A DNA stretch of 64,000 nucleotides, taken from positions 383,764 through 447,763 of IMG/VR virus record IMGVR_UViG_3300009545_000018; one strand, written 5' to 3'. The notes beneath the pieces were generated by a model, which saw only the letters and a program-made list of their open reading frames with translations, was not told where the DNA came from and searched no databases. How positions within the stretch are numbered: position 1 is the first letter of the stretch; each line of letters opens with the position of its first letter. Position numbers and translations under genes: made by a program. Of this stretch, positions 63,777-64,000 are shown one piece after another.

Positions 63777-63810
63777 CGGAATAGTGCTTAGATTATTACC
63801 AGGAAAGTAA

Positions 63811-64000
63811 ATGAATTATATTAAATTAAGTGTGTTGCAAACATTGGTTTTCTTGATCTGTGCAGTTGCTTGTGGGCAAACTCTGCAAACTACAAGCTTC
63901 TCCGAAGGAGGCAGTAATTCTGCCATTGGTGGCGAGTCTGGAAACCCAGCTATGCTGTCAATGTCTGGTGGAGTAGCAGAAGATCCATCTGTCGGGGGCG
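63811..64000 (+). CDS. Putative lipoprotein, 3'-truncated by window edge
   Basis: MNYIKLSVLQTLVFLICAVA-CGQ followed by a Gly/Ser-rich linker; AGGA SD. Confidence 0.6.
   Translation, partial: MNYIKLSVLQTLVFLICAVACGQTLQTTSFSEGGSNSAIGGESGNPAMLSMSGGVAEDPSVGG

Larger units (their letters stand above)
49844..63779 (+). repeat. Dispersed 15-bp motif CCCATC-N3-TAACGG, 47 copies, all on + strand (putative phage promoter or cassette junction)
   Basis: Starts: 49844,50198,50624,50975,51142,51467,51676,51892,52141,52271,52495,52942,53191,53298,53450,53773,54007,54177,54474,54687,55075,55271,55482,55584,55825,56155,56706,56958,57110,57527,57740,57953,58266,58673,58858,59572,59990,60238,60567,60769,61393,61711,61941,62202,63009,63237,63765 (7 have 1-2 mismatches). 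Confidence 0.97.

Noticed and set aside
49844-63779. CCCATC-N3-TAACGG repeats as a CRISPR array
   Set aside because: The repeat is only 15 bp with a variable core, the spacers are 100-800 bp and contain genes, and no cas genes are present.
49844-63779. Classical integron attC sites
   Set aside because: No RYYYAAC...GTTRRRY pair with a long imperfect palindrome, and no integrase in the window; only the architecture is similar.

Overview
This window is a fragment of a large lytic (jumbo-type) bacteriophage genome in three blocks. (1) 1-39.8 kb is an AT-rich core/auxiliary region. It carries nucleotide metabolism genes (class Ia RNR nrdB/nrdA, thyA, DHFR, dUTPase, GuaB/GuaC-like, an intein-containing HD nucleotidase, HAD), PhoH, the translation genes MetAP and IF-1, two DEDDh exonucleases, a GIY-YIG endonuclease, a cluster of Gly/Thr-rich and collagen-like fibre genes with a glycosyltransferase, M23 and papain-like peptidases, and SET, macro-like and kinase-like proteins. 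(2) 39.9-49.3 kb is a tandem, translationally coupled array of small CxxC Zn-ribbon proteins interrupted by RF2. These and about ten unrelated proteins elsewhere share a C-terminal K-hydrophobic-x-x-F-x tail. (3) After a non-coding compositional break at about 49.3-49.8 kb comes a visibly more GC-rich, all plus-strand block of tiny genes and structured RNAs. Almost every unit there is preceded by the 15-bp motif CCCATC-N3-TAACGG (47 copies counted by eye). An ATG without a Shine-Dalgarno usually follows 14-16 nt later, and the motif often supplies the stop codon of the previous gene. Ten 34-35-bp palindromes, each made of two head-to-head sigma54-type GG-N10-GC sites, punctuate the block, seven of them directly behind terminator-like hairpins. 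This motif/leaderless/dual-sigma54 architecture and the shared C-terminal tail are the best candidates for undescribed systems. All calls come from reading the sequence; no searches were run.
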